Source: Eledone cirrhosa
Lineage: Eukaryota
DNA: 64,000 nucleotides
Assembly (NCBI GenBank): GCA_964016885.1
Contig: OZ024759.1
Span: 27,280,001 to 27,344,000 of the forward strand
Direction: 5' to 3'
The translations under genes and the position numbers were made by a program. Under the pieces are notes generated by a model. That model was given only the letters and a program-made list of their open reading frames with translations, did not search any database and was not told the origin of the DNA. Shown piece by piece: positions 39,057 to 54,200 of this stretch (positions are counted from its first letter, which is position 1; every line of letters begins with the position of its first letter).

Positions 39057-42000
39057 CATTCATACATATACATCGATACATTCTGCGAGTATGTCTTACT
39101 TAGGCAACAGTCAAGTAATTTGCGGGGAGGAACCAATCCGTTATATTGATCCCAGTACATGACTGGTACTATAAGTTATATGCTCCAAAATCATAAAATT
39201 ATGGGTTAATCTAAACACTGAGAACACAAAGGTGGGGTAAAATTATTTAAAAATTGAGGTTTTAATATTTTATCTTTTATTTACAAATTATGTCTTGGTG
39301 TCATATTTAAGGATATAATGTAGTTATTGGTGGAAATAATATAATATGTGATGAAGAGGTGTATAGAACTGTGGATATAGAATTGTTTTAATCATTATTT
39401 TTAACGGACGAAAAAACTACATAATGACTTCTAGTCGGAGTTACGGGAAATTACGGCAAAGACCCTCCATGAAGGTTCAAATATTACACATTATCTATAT
39501 ATAGGAATCAGGCTAAACAATTTACGGGCACGTCGCTCTAAGTTGGAATATTTTTTCACACACACAGACACGGGAGTTAGGTATGGCATATTTCAAATAA
39601 GAGAACATTATTACAGACGGAGTCATTGTAGGTTCAAATCATTGTTAGACCGATCAGAAAGAAAATGGATATTTAATTCATGAAAAAACCTGAAGTGTGA
39701 AAGACAGAGTCGACCCTTTCTAGTAACAACACTAAGAAAGCCATGAACGCCACCACGTCCTAAATCTAACTCTGCGATCGTCATATCAAATCGAAATACT
39801 TCACCAACTGTGGAAGATGAAGGATTGAAGAACTATGATATATAGCTAAGAGGCTTGTCTCCAGAACATTTGAAAAATGTTCCACCAGCCACCTGTATAG
39901 TAAATATTCCAAAGTATACCAAATATGTTTCGTAAATGTTTGTTCCTGGTTTAATTTTCCCAATTAGCTTCCTGATTTTTATTCAGGTTCTTTGCATATA
40001 TTCCTTGAATAGGTTTTCGGGTAGCATACCTTCTTAAATCTCAAAATTCTATATCGGCCACCAAAGTTTCCAATGGCCCTCAATTTTCTGTTCAGCTGCT
40101 CATCGTCCACCCAACAGTTGAAACCGCCCAGTTGAGGAACCCCTATGGGTAAGCTACCTCGAATGATGCTATATATTAATCGAGAGGAGGAGGTGACTAT
40201 TATAATTTTTATAAGTAATAATCTTTTAAAGACAAGAGGAAATTTCATCATTAAAATCATAAATATATGTCTACAGAATACAGATTATCAAAATGAAATT
40301 AAAAGCAAGTAAATCAGGGGCCACGAAACTTTACATATTTAGTTTTATTTCTATCGTGAAAAATGTTGATCTTCAGATATTAGATTATGGCGGCTGTAAT
40401 TGTCTTTGTGTTGACGTGTTTGTTTGAAATCCTTTTTTTAATGTTTGTCTCTCTTTAAACATCGTTTATAGTTTGTTAAAATTAATTTTAGATTATTCGT
40501 ACCTCGTCTGTGTGGTTTATTTTGATGTAGCGTCCCTGTCTTGTTTATTTTTGGTTACATTTTAAATGTGAAATACAGGAACATCAGACATTAAAATGAA
40601 ATGTTACGTAAAACATACACCTTGTGTTTATTCCAGGTATTTAGATAGATGTCCAGATGTCCACTGACAACAAAATAATACAATCATCCAGTGAAAGTTG
40701 GTAATAATCCAGGTTCGTTGCAGTCACCATTCACAGTAAACAATGGTTAGAAAGAAACAAAAACAAAAGACGTATTCAGCAGTTAATGAAGTGAAAACAA
40801 AATAAAAACAACTTTACTGAATAAAATTCATTTCTTAATTTCAATAAGGTTTTTTGTTCTTTCTTTTATAAAAGAAAACAAATTTTAATTAAAATATGTT
40901 GAATATAATATGGGACATTACGACAAAGTACAGCATTATTAGTTCAAATCTTACTTAATAAAAGCAACAAATACGCAGTTATTAGTATAAAACCTAACGG
41001 AAATCGAACCCTAAAACAGGATCTCCACCGTCTCTAGTACTTACCATTAGGCCACAGGGACAGTTAGAAAAATGCATTGAAAATTAATATTTACTTACCT
41101 ATACTAGAAAAAACCGGAAGTGGAGAAAATTGAAAAACTTTTTCTTTTTCTTCCTCTGATTTTTGCCACGAACGATAACTCGTCTCTGACTTAAATCCAA
41201 ATTTTGGATATAAAAAAATCAGAGGAAGAAAAAGAAGATGTTTTTCAATTTTCTCCACTTCCGGTTTTTCCTAGTAATGAAAAAGTAGGTTTATAAATAT
41301 CAATTTTCAGTAAGTTTCCGTAACCGTCCCTTTAGCCTAGTGGTAAGTATAAGAGCCGGTGGAGGTCCAGGTGCGGGGTTCAATCACTGGCAGTGTGTCG
41401 TATTATATTTTTTATAGTATAAAACAAAAATAAAAAAGTAACTTTATAAATATTAATTTTCACACTGTTTTTATATCTGTCTCCGTGGCCTAATGGTAGG
41501 TATTAGAGACGGTGGAGAACCTGCTCTGGGTTTAGATTTCAGTCAAAGTCTATAGATAATAATTTCATTTTTTACTTTACTAGAGAAAAATTTAAATTTT
41601 AAAATATATAGTACAGATTCGGACTGAGATTGAACACCACATCAGTGTCTACATAGTCTCTAACACCTACCATTAGGCCAACGAAACACATACAAGAACA
41701 TAAGAAAAAAATTTATATTTATAAACCTACTTTCAATTTCCAAGCAAAATAGATGTGCTGGCGTTCATGGCTTTCTCATTGTTATTTCTACTAGAATCGG
41801 GTCAATGTTTACATTTATTCTTCTGGGGCTTTCATAAAATATATTTTCACTTTCTTTCGGGTTCATTAGATCCTACAACCAGATGATCTACAGGGACCTT
41901 CTTCATGGTCATAGCTGATTATTAAATATATACGGGAGAGTGTGTGTGTGTGTGTGTGTGTGTATTAGATATTGCCGTGATGTACTCAGCAATAATGGTT

Positions 42001-43587
42001 TTCAATTCCGTCGTCCCTCCATCCTTGGTGTGTATATAAATATATATGTGATTTTAACGTACAACGGCGACAATATATAAATCTGTTTTGTTTGATAATA
42101 ATTAGATAAAGCTAATTCTACAACCCCTGTTAAACATTGAAACGACGACTATAAAATATAGCAACAACCACGACATAACAGTCTCTGGTTAAATATGATT
42201 TAATGAAATTATTGCTAGAGATTGATCCCTAATATTTTATCTCACTCCTTAACCAGGGAGGAAAGGTCCTCAGACTCGGACAATGTTGATAAGGAGAGCA
42301 GAGTGTATCCTTATTTGTCACGTCTTTCCAGTTGTCACGGTATATAAAAGGCAGTAGTAGTAGTCACACCTGCGAAAGACGTTGTCAGTTAGCCTTCTGT
42401 AACGAGAGAAGAAGGTCGTGGCTTTTTTTTTTCCTCCCTATCACATAATTCATACATTTGTCATCCTTTAGATATCAATATACAAGAGAAAGAAGAAAAT
42501 TGAGAACTTCGGTCTTTTAAAAGTAACATTTATTACATTAGAGCAAAATCTTGCATTAACAATATTTTGTGAGACTAAACATGGAATGGACAAAGAGATT
42601 ATTAGAAGAAGGGCAATTGTCTCTATCTTAAACGTCAATGCATTCTACAGAAAATCGAAATGAGAATAATTACAGAGATACTTTACAAAATGTTTCGCGA
42701 TATGGTTCAAGTTATTTTGTAGTAATATGCAGCTATATTTATACATGTCTCTTATACCCCCTCCACGAGGAATTGTGAATATGTATGAATATGATTTTAA
42801 AGATGGCTAAACATGTTGAAGAAAAAAAAAAGGAATTCAGATGATAGGAATAATAAAACATTCCTTTGCCTAGCTAAATGTCGAGAGGTCTAAAACACTA
42901 GTTGAATGATATGTGTGATACGACCTAGAATATTGTTTTGGGGCATGGTCAGACGACTTCAGAAAATACGGAGAAGCTATTGAAGGAATCGAGAAAAGAA
43001 CAAAACAGAAAACACCAGAATTATTAAGAAATCGTCTTCTGAAGAAAGATGTTAAACTTTAGGGATTGCAAATTTAGAGGAGATAAATCTAACAGGGTGG
43101 GGGGACATGATAGAAATATATATTTAAAGGACTAATATTTAAATAGTAGTACACTATTCAAATGTAAAGCTCTGAATAACTATATCTTTCGGGGAGATAT
43201 ATCAAACAAGTGACATGATAGAAATATTTAAAATAATGAAAAGACTACAATATACAGTATTGCAGAAGTAAATGAAAATATAAGAAGACATCACCATTGA
43301 ACTGCAGATGAAAGTCAGTACTCTTTACATTTATCCCAGGTATATAGAAAGCTATCCTGATGTCCACTGATTGAAATATAAAACAATAAAGAAACACCAC
43401 AATCCAGTAAACCTTAGTAATAATCCAATTAAGCCGCCATTTACAATAGAAAGTAGTAAGAAAAACAAAGTCACACTCAGAAGTTAATGCAGTGAAAACA
43501 ATAAAAATATTATTAATAAATAATAATAATTTCATTTCATATTATCATTAAATTGTTTGTCTATTTTTATTGTAAACCTAAAATATA

Positions 43588-43644
<57 letters not shown>

Positions 43645-46600
43645 TCATACATATACATCGATACATTCTGTGAGTATGTCTTACTTAGGCAACAGTCAAG
43701 TAATTTGCGGGGAGGAACCAATCCGTTATATTGATCCCAGTACATGACTGGTACTATAAGTTATATGCTCCAAAATCATAAAATTATGGGTTAATCTAAA
43801 CACTGAGAACACAAAGGTGTGGTAAAATTATTTAAAAATTGAGGTTTTAATATTTTATTTTTTATTTACAAATTATATGTCTTGGTGTCATATTTAAGGA
43901 TATAATGTAGTTATTGGTGGAAATAATATAATATGTGATGAAGAGGTGTATAGAACTGTGGATATAGAATTGTTTTAATCATTATTTTTAACGGACGAAA
44001 AAATTACATAATGACTTCTAGTCGGAGTTACGGGAAATTACGGCAAAGACCCTCCATGAAGGTTCAAATATTACACATTATCTATATATAGGAATCAGGC
44101 TAAACAATTTACGGGCACGTCGCTCTAAGTTGGAATATTTTTCACACACACAGACACGGGAGTTAGGTATGGCATATTTCAAATAAGAGAACATTATTAC
44201 AGACGGAGTCATTGTAGGTTCAAATCATTGTTAGACCGATCAGAAAGAAAATGGATATTTAATTCATGAAAAAACCTGAAGTGTGAAAGACAGAGTCGAC
44301 CCTTTCTAGTAACAACACTAAGAAAGCCATGAACGCCACCACGTCCTAAATCTAACTCTGCGATCGTCATATCAAATCGAAATACTTCACCAACTGTGGA
44401 AGATGAAGGATTGAAGAACTATGATATATAGCTAAGAGGCTTGTCTTCAGAACATTTGAAAAATGTTCCACCAGCCACCTGTATAGTAAATATTCCAAAG
44501 TATACCAAATATGTTTCGTAAATGTTTGTTCCTGGTTTAATTTTCCCAATTAGCTTCCTGATTTTTATTCAGGTTCTTTGCATATATTCCTTGAATAGGT
44601 TTTCGGGTAGCATACCTTCTTAAATCTCAAAATTCTATATCGGCCACCAAAGTTTCCAATGGCCCTCAATTTTCTGTTCAGCTGCTCATCGTCCACCCAA
44701 CAGTTGAAACCGCCCAGTTGAGGAACCCCTATGGGTAAGCTACCTCGAATGATGCTATATATTAATCGAGAGGAGGAGGTGACTATTATAATTTTTATAA
44801 GTAATAATCTTTTAAAGACAAGAGGAAATTTCATCATTAAAATCATAAATATATGTCTACAGAATACAGATTATCAAAATGAAATTAAAAGCAAGTAAAT
44901 CAGGGGCCACGAAACTTTACATATTTAGTTTTATTTCTATCGTGAAAAATGTTGATCTTCAGATATTAGATTATGGCGGCTGTAATTGTCTTTGTGTTGA
45001 CGTGTTTGTTTGAAATCCTTTTTTTAATGTTTGTCTCTCTTTAAACATCGTTTATAGTTTGTTAAAATTAATTTTAGATTATTCGTACCTCGTCTGTGTG
45101 GTTTATTTTGATGTAGCGTCCCTGTCTTGTTTATTTTTGGTTACATTTTAAATGTGAAATACAGGAACATCAGACATTAAAATGAAATGTTACGTAAAAC
45201 ATACACCTTGTGTTTATTCCAGGTATTTAGATAGATGTCCAGATGTCCACTGACAACAAAATAATACAATCATCCAGTGAAAGTTGGTAATAATCCAGGT
45301 TCGTTGCAGTCACCATTCACAGTAAACAATGGTTAGAAAGAAACAAAAACAAAAGACGTATTCAGCAGTTAATGAAGTGAAAACAAAATAAAAACAACTT
45401 TACTGAATAAAATTCATTTCTTAATTTCAATAAGGTTTTTTGTTCTTTCTTTTATAAAAGAAAACAAATTTTAATTAAAATATGTTGAATATAATATGGG
45501 ACATTACGACGATGTACAGCATTATTAGTTCAAATCTTACTTAATAAAAGCAACAAATACGCAGTTATTAGTATAAAACCTAACGGAAATCGAACCCTAA
45601 ATCAGGATCTCCACCGTCTCTAGTACTTACCATTAGGCCACAGGGACAGTTAGAAAAATGCATTGAAAATTAATATTTACTTACCTATACTAGAAAAAAC
45701 CGGAAGTGGAGAAAATTGAAAAACTTTTTCTTTTTCTTCCTCTGATTTTTGCCACGAACGATAACTCGTCTCTGACTTAAATCCAAATTTTGGATAAAAA
45801 AAAATCAGAGGAAGAAAAAGAAGATGTTTTTCAATTTTCTCCACTTCCGGTTTTTTCTAGTAATGAAAAAGTAGGTTTATAAATATCAATTTTCAGTAAG
45901 TTTCCGTAACCGTCCCTTTAGTGGTAAGTATAAGAGCCGGTGGAGGTCCAGGTGCGGGGTTCAATCACTGGCAGTGTGTCGTATTATATTTTTTATAGTA
46001 TAAAACAAAAATAAAAAAGTAACTTTATAAATATTAATTTTCACACTGTTTTTATATCTGTCTCCGTGGCCTAATGGTAGGTATTAGAGACGGTGGAGAA
46101 CCTGCTCTGGGTTTAGATTTCAGTCAAAGTCTATAGATAATAATTTCATTTTTTACTTTACTAGAGAAAAATTTAAATTTTAAAATATATAGTACAGATT
46201 CGGACTGAGATTGAACACCACATCAGTGTCTCCATAGTCTCTAACACCTACCATTAGGCCAACGAAACACATACAAGAACATAAGAAAAAAATTTATATT
46301 TATAAACCTACTTTCAATTTCCAAGCAAAATAGATGTGCTGGCGTTCATGGCTTTCTCATTGTTATTTCTACTAGAATCGGGTCAATGTTTACATTTATT
46401 CTTCTGGGGCTTTCATAAAATATATTTTCACTTTCTTTCGGGTTCATTAGATCCTACAACCAGATGATCTACAGGGACCTTCTTCATGGTCATAGCTGAT
46501 TATTAAATATATACGGGAGAGTGTGTGTGTGTGTGTGTGTGTGTATTAGATATTGCCGTGATGTACTCAGCAATAATGGTTTTCAATTCCGTCGTCCCTC

Positions 46601-48179
46601 CATCCTTGGTGTGTATATAAATATATATGTGATTTTAACGTACAACGGCGACAATATATAAATCTGTTTTGTTTGATAATAATTAGATAAAGCTAATTCT
46701 ACAACCCCTGTTAAACATTGAAACGACGACTATAAAGTATAGCAACAACCACGACATAACAGTCTCTGGTTAAATATGATTTAATGAAATTATTGCTAGA
46801 GATTGGTCCCTAATATTTTATCTCACTCCTTAACCAGGGAGGAAAGGTCCTCAGACTCGGACAATGTTGATAAGGAGAGCAGAGTGTATCCTTATTTGTC
46901 ACGTCTTTCCAGTTGTCACGGTATATAAAAGGCAGTAGTAGTAGTCACTCATGCGAAAGACGTTGTCAGTTAGCCTTCTGTAACGAGAGAAGAAGGTCGT
47001 GGCTTTTTTTTTTCCTCCCTATCACATAATTCATACATTTGTCATCCTTTAGATATCAATATACAAGAGAAAGAAGAAAATTGAGAACTTCGGTCTTTTA
47101 AAAGTAACATTTATTACATTAGAGCAAAATCTTGCATTAACAATATTTTGTGAGACTAAACATGGAATGGACAAAGAGATTATTAGAAGAAGGGCAATTG
47201 TCTCTATCTTAAACGTCAATACATTCTACAGAAAATTGAAATGAGAATAATTACAGAGATACTTTACAAAATGTTTCGCGATATGGTTCAAGTTATTTTG
47301 TAGTAATATGCAGCTATATTTATACATGTCTCTTATACCCCCTCCACGAGGAATTGTGAATATGTATGAATATGATTTTAAAGATGGCTAAACATGTTGA
47401 AGAAAAAAAAAAGGAATTCAGATGATAGGAATAATAAAACATTCCTTTGCCTAGCTAAATGTCGAGAGGTCTAAAACACTAGTTGAATGATATGTGTGAT
47501 ACGACCTAGAATATTGTTTTGGGGCATGGTCAGACGACTTCAGAAAATACGGAGAAGCTATTGAAGGAATCGAGAAAAGAACAAAACACGAAACACCAGA
47601 ATTATTAAGAAATCGTCTTCTGAAGAAAGATGTTAAACTTTAGGGATTGCAAATTTAGAGGAGATAAATCTAACAGGGTGGGGGGACATGATAGAAATGT
47701 ATATTTAAAGGACTAATATTTAAATAGTAGTACACTATTCAAATGTAAAGCTCTGAATAACTATATCTTTCGGGGAGATATATCAAACAAGTGACATGAT
47801 AGAAATATTTAAAATAATGAAAAGACTACAATATACAGTATTGCAGAAGTAAATGAAAATATAAGAAGACATCACCATTGAACTGCAGATGAAAGTCAGT
47901 ACTCTTTACATTTATCCCAGGTATATAGAAAGCTATCCTGATGTCCACTGATTGAAATATAAAACAATAAAGAAACACCACAATCCAGTAAACCTTAGTA
48001 ATAATCCAATTAAGCCGCCATTTACAATAGAAAGTAGTAAGAAAAACAAAGTCACACTCAGAAGTTAATGCAGTGAAAACAATAAAAATATTATTAATAA
48101 ATAATAATAATTTCATTTCATATTATCATTAAATTGTTTGTCTATTTTTATTTTAAACATAAAATATACTAATATATAT

Positions 48180-48227
<48 letters not shown>

Positions 48228-51200
48228 TCATACATATACATCGATACATTCTGCGAGTATGTCTTACTTAGGCAACAGTCAAGTAATTTGCGGGGAGGAA
48301 CCAATCCGTTATATTGATCCCAGTACATGACTGGTACTATAAGTTATATGCTCCAAAATCATAAAATTATGGGTTAATCTAAACACTGAGAACACAAAGG
48401 TGGGGTAAAATTATTTAAAAATTGAGGTTTTAATATTTTATCTTTTATTTACAAATTATGTCTTGGTGTCATATTTAAGGATATAATGTAGTTATTGGTG
48501 GAAATAATATAATATGTGATGAAGAGGTGTATAGAACTGTGGATATAGAATTGTTTTAATCATTATTTTTAACGGACGAAAAAACTACATAATGACTTCT
48601 AGTCGGAGTTACGGGAAATTACGGCAAAGACCCTCCATGAAGGTTCAAATATTACACATTATCTATATATAGGAATCAGGCTAAACAATTTACGGGCACG
48701 TCGCTCTAAGTTGGAATATTTTTTCACACACACAGACACGGGAGTTAGGTATGGCATATTTCAAATAAGAGAACATTATTACAGACGGAGTCATTGTAGG
48801 TTCAAATCATTGTTAGACCGATCAGAAAGAAAATGGATATTTAATTCATGAAAAAACCTGAAGTGTGAAAGACAGAGTCGACCCTTTCTAGTAACAACAC
48901 TAAGAAAGCCATGAACGCCACCACGTCCTAAATCTAACTCTGCGATCGTCATATCAAATCGAAATACTTCACCAACTGTGGAAGATGAAGGATTGAAGAA
49001 CTATGATATATAGCTAAGAGGCTTGTCTCCAGAACATTTGAAAAATGTTCCACCAGCCACCTGTATAGTAAATATTCCAAAGTATACCAAATATGTTTCG
49101 TAAATGTTTGTTCCTGGTTTAATTTTCCCAATTAGCTTCCTGATTTTTATTCAGGTTCTTTGCATATATTCCTTGAATAGGTTTTCGGGTAGCATACCTT
49201 CTTAAATCTCAAAATTCTATATCGGCCACCAAAGTTTCCAATGGCCCTCAATTTTCTGTTCAGCTGCTCATCGTCCACCCAACAGTTGAAACCGCCCAGT
49301 TGAGGAACCCCTATGGGTAAGCTACCTCGAATGATGCTATATATTAATCGAGAGGAGGAGGTGACTATTATAATTTTTATAAGTAATAATCTTTTAAAGA
49401 CAAGAGGAAATTTCATCATTAAAATCATAAATATATGTCTACAGAATACAGATTATCAAAATGAAATTAAAAGCAAGTAAATCAGGGGCCACGAAACTTT
49501 ACATATTTAGTTTTATTTCTATCGTGAAAAATGTTGATCTTCAGATATTAGATTATGGCGGCTGTAATTGTCTTTGTGTTGACGTGTTTGTTTGAAATCC
49601 TTTTTTTAATGTTTGTCTCTCTTTAAACATCGTTTATAGTTTGTTAAAATTAATTTTAGATTATTCGTACCTCGTCTGTGTGGTTTATTTTGATGTAGCG
49701 TCCCTGTCTTGTTTATTTTTGGTTACATTTTAAATGTGAAATACAGGAACATCAGACATTAAAATGAAATGTTACGTAAAACATACACCTTGTGTTTATT
49801 CCAGGTATTTAGATAGATGTCCAGATGTCCACTGACAACAAAATAATACAATCATCCAGTGAAAGTTGGTAATAATCCAGGTTCGTTGCAGTCACCATTC
49901 ACAGTAAACAATGGTTAGAAAGAAACAAAAACAAAAGACGTATTCAGCAGTTAATGAAGTGAAAACAAAATAAAAACAACTTTACTGAATAAAATTCATT
50001 TCTTAATTTCAATAAGGTTTTTTGTTCTTTCTTTTATAAAAGAAAACAAATTTTAATTAAAATATGTTGAATATAATATGGGACATTACGACAAAGTACA
50101 GCATTATTAGTTCAAATCTTACTTAATAAAAGCAACAAATACGCAGTTATTAGTATAAAACCTAACGGAAATCGAACCCTAAAACAGGATCTCCACCGTC
50201 TCTAGTACTTACCATTAGGCCACAGGGACAGTTAGAAAAATGCATTGAAAATTAATATTTACTTACCTATACTAGAAAAAACCGGAAGTGGAGAAAATTG
50301 AAAAACTTTTTCTTTTTCTTCCTCTGATTTTTGCCACGAACGATAACTCGTCTCTGACTTAAATCCAAATTTTGGATATAAAAAAATCAGAGGAAGAAAA
50401 AGAAGATGTTTTTCAATTTTCTCCACTTCCGGTTTTTCCTAGTAATGAAAAAGTAGGTTTATAAATATCAATTTTCAGTAAGTTTCCGTAACCGTCCCTT
50501 TAGCCTAGTGGTAAGTATAATAGCCGGTGGAGGTCCAGGTGCGGGGTTCAATCACTGGCAGTGTGTCGTATTATATTTTTTATAGTATAAAACAAAAATA
50601 AAAAAGTAACTTTATAAATATTAATTTTCACACTGTTTTTATATCTGTCTCCGTGGCCTAATGGTAGGTATTAGAGACGGTGGAGAACCTGCTCTGGGTT
50701 TAGATTTCAGTCAAAGTCTATAGATAATAATTTCATTTTTTACTTTACTAGAGAAAAATTTAAATTTTAAAATATATAGTACAGATTCGGACTGAGATTG
50801 AACACCACATCAGTGTCTACATAGTCTCTAACACCTACCATTAGGCCAACGAAACACATACAAGAACATAAGAAAAAAATTTATATTTATAAACCTACTT
50901 TCAATTTCCAAGCAAAATAGATGTGCTGGCGTTCATGGCTTTCTCATTGTTATTTCTACTAGAATCGGGTCAATGTTTACATTTATTCTTCTGGGGCTTT
51001 CATAAAATATATTTTCACTTTCTTTCGGGTTCATTAGATCCTACAACCAGATGATCTACAGGGACCTTCTTCATGGTCATAGCTGATTATTAAATATATA
51101 CGGGAGAGTGTGTGTGTGTGTGTGTGTGTGTATTAGATATTGCCGTGATGTACTCAGCAATAATGGTTTTCAATTCCGTCGTCCCTCCATCCTTGGTGTG

Positions 51201-54200
51201 TATATAAATATATATGTGATTTTAACGTACAACGGCGACAATATATAAATCTGTTTTGTTTGATAATAATTAGATAAAGCTAATTCTACAACCCCTGTTA
51301 AACATTGAAACGACGACTATAAAATATAGCAACAACCACGACATAACAGTCTCTGGTTAAATATGATTTAATGAAATTATTGCTAGAGATTGATCCCTAA
51401 TATTTTATCTCACTCCTTAACCAGGGAGGAAAGGTCCTCAGACTCGGACAATGTTGATAAGGAGAGCAGAGTGTATCCTTATTTGTCACGTCTTTCCAGT
51501 TGTCACGGTATATAAAAGGCAGTAGTAGTAGTCACTCCTGCGAAAGACGTTGTCAGTTAGCCTTCTGTAACGAGAGAAGAAGGTCGTGGCTTTTTTTTTT
51601 CCTCCCTATCACATAATTCATACATTTGTCATCCTTTAGATATCAATATACAAGAGAAAGAAGAAAATTGAGAACTTCGGTCTTTTAAAAGTAACATTTA
51701 TTACATTAGAGCAAAATCTTGCATTAACAATATTTTGTGAGACTAAACATGGAATGGACAAAGAGATTATTAGAAGAAGAGCAATTGTCTCTATCTTAAA
51801 CGTCAATGCATTCTACAGAAAATCGAAATGAGAATAATTACAGAGATACTTTACAAAATGTTTCGCGATATGGTTCAAGTTATTTTGTAGTAATATGCAG
51901 CTATATTTATACATGTCTCTTATACCCCCTCCACAAGGAATTGTGAATATGTATGAATATGATTTTAAAGATGGCTAAACATGTTGAAGAAAAAAAAAAG
52001 GAATTCAGATGATAGGAATAATAAAACATTCCTTTGCCTAGCTAAATGTCGAGAGGTCTAAAACACTAGTTGAATGATATGTGTGATACGACCTAGAATA
52101 TTGTTTTGGGGCATGGTCAGACGACTTCAGAAAATACGGAGAAGCTATTGAAGGAATCGAGAAAAGAACAAAACAGAAAACACCAGAATTATTAAGAAAT
52201 CGTCTTCTGAAGAAAGATGTTAAACTTTAGGGATTGCAAATTTAGAGGAGATAAATCTAACAGGGTGGGGGGACATGATAGAAATATATATTTAAAGGAC
52301 TAATATTTAAATAGTAGTACACTATTCAAATGTAAAGCTCTGAATAACTATATCTTTCGGGGAGATATATCAAACAAGTGACATGATAGAAATATTTAAA
52401 ATAATGAAAAGACTACAATATACAGTATTGCAGAAGTAAATGAAAATATAAGAAGACATCACCATTGAACTGCAGATGAAAGTCGGTACTCTTTACATTT
52501 ATCCCAGGTATATAGAAAGCTATCCTGATGTCCACTGATTGAAATATAAAACAATAAAGAAACACCACAATCCAGTAAACCTTAGTAATAATCCAATTAA
52601 GCCGCCATTTACAATAGAAAGTAGTAAGAAAAACAAAGTCACACTCAGAAGTTAATGCAGTGAAAACAATAAAAATATTATTAATAAATAATAATAATTT
52701 CATTTCATATTATCATTAAATTGTTTGTCTATTTTTATTGTAAACATAAAATATACTAATATATATATATATATATATATTCATACATATACATCGATAC
52801 ATTCTGTGAGTATGTCTTACTTAGGCAACAGTCAAGTAATTTGCGGGGAGGAACCAATCCATTATATTGATCCCAGTACATGACTGGTACTATAAGTTAT
52901 ATGCTCCAAAATCATAAAATTATGGGTTAATCTAAACACTGAGAACACAAAGGTGGGGTAAAATTATTTAAAAATTGAGGTTTTAATATTTTATTTTTTA
53001 TTTACAAATTATATGTCTTGGTGTCATATTTAAGGATATAATGTAGTTATTGGTGGAAATAATATAATATGTGATGAAGAGGTGTATAGAACTGTGGATA
53101 TAGAATTGTTTTAATCATTATTTTTAACGGACGAAAAAACTACATAATGACTTCTAGTCGGAGTTACGGGAAATTACGGCAAAGACACTCCATGAAGGTT
53201 CAAATATTACACATTATCTATATATAGGAATCAGGCTAAACAATTTACGGGCACGTCGCTCTAAGTTGGAATATTTTTCACACACACAGACACGGGAGTT
53301 AGGTATGGCATATTTCAAATAAGAGAACATTATTACAGACGGAGTCATTGTAGGTTCAAATCATTGTTAGACCGATCAGAAAGAAAATGGATATATAATT
53401 CATGAAAAAACCTGAAGTGTGAAAGACAGAGTCGACCCTTTCTAGTAACAACACTAAGAAAGCCATGAACGCCACCACGTCCTAAATCTAACTCTGCGAT
53501 CGTCATATCAAATCGAAATACTTCACCAACTGTGGAAGATGAAGGATTGAAGAACTATGATATATAGCTAAGAGGCTTGTCTCCAGAACATTTGAAAAAT
53601 GTTCCACCAGCCACCTGTATAGTAAATATTCCAAAGTATACCAAATATGTTTCGTAAATGTTTGTTCCTGGTTTAATTTTCCCAATTAGCTTCCTGATTT
53701 TTATTCAGGTTCTTTGCATATATTCCTTGAATAGGTTTTCGGGTAGCATACCTTCTTAAATCTCAAAATTCTATATCGGCCACCAAAGTTTCCAATGGCC
53801 CTCAATTTTCTGTTCAGCTGCTCATCGTCCACCCAACAGTTGAAACCGCCCAGTTGAGGAACCCCTATGGGTAAGCTACCTCGAATGATGCTATATATTA
53901 ATCGAGAGGAGGAGGTGACTATTATAATTTTTATAAGTAATAATCTTTTAAAGACAAGAGGAAATTTCATCATTAAAATCATAAATATATGTCTACAGAA
54001 TACAGATTATCAAAATGAAATTAAAAGCAAGTAAATCAGGGGCCACGAAACTTTACATATTTAGTTTTATTTCTATCGTGAAAAATGTTGATCTTCAGAT
54101 ATTAGATTATGGCGGCTGTAATTGTCTTTGTGTTGACGTGTTTGTTTGAAATCCTTTTTTTAATGTTTGTCTCTCTTTAAACATCGTTTATAGTTTGTTA

